From contig JBLIKI010000001.1 of NCBI GenBank assembly GCA_047636235.1, positions 1 to 51,119 of the forward strand: DNA of 51,119 nucleotides. The letters run 5' to 3'. How positions within the stretch are numbered: the first letter of the stretch is position 1; each line of letters opens with the position of its first letter. The notes below the pieces were generated by a model that did not search any database, had not been told where the DNA came from, and worked only from the letters and a program-made list of their open reading frames with translations. The translations under genes were made by a program, and so were the position numbers. Positions 47,250 through 51,119 of the stretch are shown in pieces. Origin of the DNA: Paracoccaceae bacterium. GTDB taxonomy: Bacteria; Pseudomonadota; Alphaproteobacteria; Rhodobacterales; Rhodobacteraceae.

Positions 47250-48395
47250 ATGGCGCGTGATTTCGAAACCGATGCGGCGCAATCCGCCGATACGCCTGCC
47301 GATGCGCCCTCCGGCGACGCTCCGGCGCGGCGTCGGCGCAGCCCGCTGCGGTTCGCGCCGATGCTGATCGGCCTCGGGCTGGTGGCGTTCGCGGCTGACA
47401 AGGGCCACGCCTATTGGACCGACGGGCGGTTCATGCTGTCGACCGACGATGCCTATATCTCGGTTGATTTCGCGCAGCTCGCCCCGCGGGTGTCGGGCTA
47501 TGTCGCCCATGTCGACGCGGTTGCGGACGGCGAGGTCAAGGCGGGCGATCCGCTGGCAACCTTAGACGATGGCGATTATCGCGCCGCGCTGTGGCTGGCG
47601 GATGCCGACGTGAACGCCCAGCACGCCGCGCGCCTGCGCCTTGATCGCCAGATCGAGGCCGCGGGCGCCGCCGTCGCCCAGGCCGAGGCGCGCGTGTCCG
47701 CCGCCCAAGCGGCGCGGATGCAGGCGGAATCGGACTTCGCCCGTTATGACAAGCTGGCCGCGTCGGAAATCGCCAGCGGGCAAAAGCTGGATGCGGCGCG
47801 CGCCGCCCAATTGGTCGCCGAGGCCCATGTGACCGAGGCCGAGGCTGGTGTCGCCGCCGCCCGCGCCCATGTCGCGGTGGTGGAGGCCGGGCGCGCCGAA
47901 TTGGGCGCCGCGCTAGAGCGCGCGCACGCCGTGCGGATGCGCGCGACCCGCGATCTGGCCGCGACGGTGATCCGCGCGCCGTTCGACGGCGTGGTCGGCA
48001 ACCTGTCGGTGTCGCAGGGCGATTTCGTCACGCCCGGCAAGCGCCTGATGGCGGTGGTGCCGCTGACGGCGGTGCATGTCGAGGCTAATTTCAAGGAAAC
48101 TCAGCTGGCGGACATGACCCCCGGCACCCCGGTGCGCCTGACCGTCGATGCGTTTCCAGACCGCGAAGTGATCGGGCGGGTGGAGACGATCGCCCCCGCG
48201 TCGGGATCTGTGTTCAGCCTGCTGCCGCCCGAAAACGCCACCGGCAATTTCACCAAGGTGGTGCAGCGCGTGCCGGTGCGGATATCGGTCCCGGCTGAGA
48301 TCGCGGCGCAGGGCTGGCTGCGCCCCGGCATGTCGGTGGTCGCCACCTTGGACGTGCGTGAGGCCGCGCGGCTGCGCGACCAAGCCGCCCGCTAG
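47250..48395 (+). CDS. EmrA/HlyD-family membrane fusion protein, 381 aa
   Basis: STDDAY, APRVSG, ANFKETQL and LLPPENATGNFTKVVQRVPV motifs. Confidence 0.95.
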   Translation: MARDFETDAAQSADTPADAPSGDAPARRRRSPLRFAPMLIGLGLVAFAADKGHAYWTDGRFMLSTDDAYISVDFAQLAPRVSGYVAHVDAVADGEVKAGDPLATLDDGDYRAALWLADADVNAQHAARLRLDRQIEAAGAAVAQAEARVSAAQAARMQAESDFARYDKLAASEIASGQKLDAARAAQLVAEAHVTEAEAGVAAARAHVAVVEAGRAELGAALERAHAVRMRATRDLAATVIRAPFDGVVGNLSVSQGDFVTPGKRLMAVVPLTAVHVEANFKETQLADMTPGTPVRLTVDAFPDREVIGRVETIAPASGSVFSLLPPENATGNFTKVVQRVPVRISVPAEIAAQGWLRPGMSVVATLDVREAARLRDQAAR

Positions 48396-48407
48396 AAGCC
48401 GACCCTT

Positions 48408-49976
48408 ATGGCCGCCCCCGCCGATTCGGCAGAGCCTCCGCCGCCCAACGCCCGCCGCCTGATCGCGTTCTTCGCGCTGGTGTTCGGGATGTTCATGGCG
48501 ATCCTCGACATTCAGATCGTGTCGTCCTCGTTGTCGGAGATCCAAGCCGGGCTGTCGGCCAGCGCTGATGAGATATCGTGGGTGCAGACCTCCTATCTGA
48601 TCGCCGAGGTGGTGATGATCCCGTTGTCGGGGTTTCTGGCGCGGGCGCTGTCGACGCGGGTGCTGTTCACCATTTCCGCGGCGGGGTTCACGCTGGCGAG
48701 CGCGCTGTGCGCCACCGCCACCACCATCGATCAGATGATCGTCTATCGCGCCATTCAGGGCTTCATCGGCGGCGGGATGATCCCGACCGCCTTCGCCGCA
48801 AGCTGGACGGTGTTTCCCAAGCGCAGCCAAGGGCCGGTGATGGCGCTGGTGGGGCTGACGGTGACGCTGGCGCCCACCATCGGGCCGACCATCGGCGGCT
48901 ATCTGACTGCGCTTTTCTCGTGGCACTGGCTGTTTTTGATCAACATCGTGCCGGGGATCATCGCGTCGCTGATCGCCTGGACCATGGTGGACTTTGACGA
49001 GCCGGACCATTCGCTGCTGCGCCGCTTCGACTATGTCGGGCTGGCGGCGATGGCGGTGTTCCTCGGCAGTATGGAATATGTGCTGGAGGAAGGCCAGAAA
49101 GAGGACTGGTTCGACAGCGCCCTGATCGTCCGGTTCGCGGCCTTCGCGGCGATAGGCGGCGCGGTGTTCTTCTGGCGCGCGCTGCGCCGCGACACGCCGA
49201 TCGTCGATCTGGGCGCGTTTCGCAACCGCAACTTCGCGGTTGGATCGGCGCTCAGCTTCATCCTCGGGGTCGGGCTTTACGGGCTGACCTACCTCTATCC
49301 GCTGTTTCTGGCGCGGGTGCGGGGCTATACCGCGCTGCAGATCGGCGAGACGGTGTTCGTCACCGGCGTGTTCATGTTCGCCGCCGCTCCGATCGTCGCC
49401 ACGATGGCGCGCAAGGTCGATCCGCGCAAGATCATCGCGCTCGGCCTCGCGGGGTTCGCGGTCTCCAGCTTCGAGCTGACGCCGATCACCTCGCAATGGG
49501 CGTTTTGGGAGATGTTCACCCCCCAGGCCCTGCGCGGCGTGTCGCTGATGCTGTGCATGATCCCGATCAACATGCTCGCGCTTGGCACCCTGCCGATGGC
49601 GGAGGTGAAGAATGCCTCGGGCCTGTTCAACCTGATGCGCAACCTCGGCGGCGCGTTCGGGCTGGCGGTGATCAACTCAGTGCTGACGTCGCGCGCGGGG
49701 CTGCATTATGCGCGCCTGTCCGAGGACCTGTCGTGGGGCTCCGGCCTCGCCGAGACGCGGCTGGCGAGCATGACCGCGGCGTTGACGCCGACCCTTGGCG
49801 ACGACGCGCCCGCCGCGGCGTTGGTCAAGTTGTCGAGGATGGCCCATGCGCAGGCGCTGGTGATGTCGTTCGCGGACGTGTTTTTGTTGCTGGCGATCAT
49901 GTTCGCCGTGGTGCTGGCCATGGTGCCGCTGATGCGCCGCCCCGCCGGGCCGGGGGCCGCGGACGGGGGGCACTGA
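48408..49976 (+). CDS. DHA2 (EmrB/QacA) MFS efflux permease
   Basis: MAILDIQIV, WVQTSYLIAE, WLFLIN and ASGLFNLMRNLGG motifs; 14-TM size. Confidence 0.96.
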   Translation: MAAPADSAEPPPPNARRLIAFFALVFGMFMAILDIQIVSSSLSEIQAGLSASADEISWVQTSYLIAEVVMIPLSGFLARALSTRVLFTISAAGFTLASALCATATTIDQMIVYRAIQGFIGGGMIPTAFAASWTVFPKRSQGPVMALVGLTVTLAPTIGPTIGGYLTALFSWHWLFLINIVPGIIASLIAWTMVDFDEPDHSLLRRFDYVGLAAMAVFLGSMEYVLEEGQKEDWFDSALIVRFAAFAAIGGAVFFWRALRRDTPIVDLGAFRNRNFAVGSALSFILGVGLYGLTYLYPLFLARVRGYTALQIGETVFVTGVFMFAAAPIVATMARKVDPRKIIALGLAGFAVSSFELTPITSQWAFWEMFTPQALRGVSLMLCMIPINMLALGTLPMAEVKNASGLFNLMRNLGGAFGLAVINSVLTSRAGLHYARLSEDLSWGSGLAETRLASMTAALTPTLGDDAPAAALVKLSRMAHAQALVMSFADVFLLLAIMFAVVLAMVPLMRRPAGPGAADGGH

Positions 49977-50038
49977 ACGGGGGGCGCTCTGAACGGGGGG
50001 GCACTCTGAACGGGGGGGCGCTGACCGGGGGGCGCTGA
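49963..50038 (+). repeat. Five 14-17-bp G-run repeats (acG6-7c[a/g]ct[ct]ga) starting in the MFS stop region
   Basis: Units at 49963, 49977, 49993, 50010 and 50025; the first ends in the TGA stop. Confidence 0.9.
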
Positions 50039-50045
50039 GGGCGCG

Positions 50046-51119
50046 CTATAGCGGCCAGACCACCAGCAGCGTCGGCAGGGCGACCGCGACCACCAATGCC
50101 TCCAGCGGCAATCCCATCCGCCAATAATCGCCAAAGCCAAAGCCGCCGGGCCCGAGGATCAGCGTGTTGTTCTGGTGCCCGATCGGGGTCAGGAACGCGC
50201 AGGACGCCCCCACCGCCACCGCCATCAGAAAGCTGTCGGCGCTGACGCCGAGCGCGCCCGCCGTCCCCAGCGCGATCGGGCACATCACCGCGGCGGTGGC
50301 GGCGTTGTTCATCACATCCGACAGGAACATCGTCACGATCAGCACGACCGCGAGCGCGATCACCGCGTTGCCTTGGGCGATCCATTCCATCAATCCGCGG
50401 GCGATCAGGTCGGCGGCGCCGGTGCTCTCCATCGCGCCCGCGACCGGGATCAGGCCTGCCAGCAGCACGATCACCGGCCAGTCGATGGCATTGTAGACGT
50501 CGCGCGGCGGCACGGTGCGCGTGACCATTGACGCCAGCACGCCGCCCGCGAACGCCACCGGCGCGGGCGCGATGCCGAGCGCCGCCAGCGCGATCGCCCC
50601 GGCCATGATCACCGCCGACATGATCGCCTTGGCATGGTCTGGGGACCGCAGATCGCGCTCCGCCAGCGGGACGCAATTGGTGTCGGCGGCGAAATCGGTC
50701 AGCGCCTCATCCGTCCCTTGCATCAGCAGCAGATCGCCCGACGCGATCTTGAGCGCGCGCAGCCGCGCCCGCGTCCCCGCCCCCTGCCGCGACGCCGCCA
50801 GCAGGTTCAGCCCATAGCGCGACCGCAGATGGATATCGCTGGCCGACCGGCCGACCAGCGGGGACCCCGGCCGCACCACCAATTCGCGCAGCATGGCCGG
50901 GGTGTCGGCGGTGGCCTCGTCGTCCTCGGTCGCCACGCTTTCCTCAAGGGTCAGGCCGAGGCCGGTCAGCGCATCGGGCAGCTCGCCGATGTCGGCCTCG
51001 AGCGACAGGATATCGTCGGCGCGCACGCGGCGCCCGCCATGGGGGGCGATCAGGCGGACCTGATTGCGCGCCAGCCCGGTGATCTGGGCGCCCGCGTCGG
51101 CCAGCGCGGTCTCCAGCTC
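50046..51119 (-). CDS. SLC13/DASS-family permease with TrkA-C (RCK-C) domains, 5' part outside window
   Basis: VRPGSPLVGRS...GDLLL TrkA-C domain, IDWPVIVLLAG, MNNAATA, ASCAFLTPIGHQNN, FGDYWRMGLP; frame continues to the window edge. Confidence 0.93.
   Translation of the reverse strand, partial: ELETALADAGAQITGLARNQVRLIAPHGGRRVRADDILSLEADIGELPDALTGLGLTLEESVATEDDEATADTPAMLRELVVRPGSPLVGRSASDIHLRSRYGLNLLAASRQGAGTRARLRALKIASGDLLLMQGTDEALTDFAADTNCVPLAERDLRSPDHAKAIMSAVIMAGAIALAALGIAPAPVAFAGGVLASMVTRTVPPRDVYNAIDWPVIVLLAGLIPVAGAMESTGAADLIARGLMEWIAQGNAVIALAVVLIVTMFLSDVMNNAATAAVMCPIALGTAGALGVSADSFLMAVAVGASCAFLTPIGHQNNTLILGPGGFGFGDYWRMGLPLEALVVAVALPTLLVVWPL

Noticed and set aside
2449-49496. Long antisense/alternate-frame ORFs (e.g. 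2449-4614, 8813-11302, 20642-22363, 26315-29200, 42214-43785, 47913-49496)
   Set aside because: Shadow ORFs expected opposite real genes in high-GC DNA; Arg/His/Gly-rich with no family motifs.

Overview
GC-rich alphaproteobacterial (Rhodobacterales-like, by gene content and codon style) accessory/catabolic region. Left to right: (i) IS5 left end abutting an IS481 3' remnant, plus a lower-GC decayed orphan; (ii) a divergent IclR / TAXI-TRAP / PaaI versus ThDP enzyme / ADP-forming acyl-CoA synthetase / PimA-like ligase / PimE-like SDR cluster; (iii) an orphan GT4; (iv) a TRAP system with an enlarged DctQ and an 885-aa DctM, followed by a ~9 x 28-31 bp minisatellite; (v) an unknown membrane protein and a MetX-fold hydrolase; (vi) the best novel-system candidate, a LysR-centred two-operon regulon with matching LysR boxes in front of both operons. 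It encodes a Pot-type ABC importer, an HxxQ amidohydrolase, two DUF1028 Ntn-like proteins, a DadA-type flavoprotein, D-carbamoylase, hydantoinase and racemase; (vii) a ~7 kb fossil of a D-apionate (ApnO / OiaK / RuBisCO-like) plus TRAP catabolic island, with every gene broken; (viii) RND and MFS efflux pairs and a truncated SLC13/TrkA-C permease. No rRNA, tRNA or CRISPR was seen. All family calls come from motif recognition by eye, not database searches.
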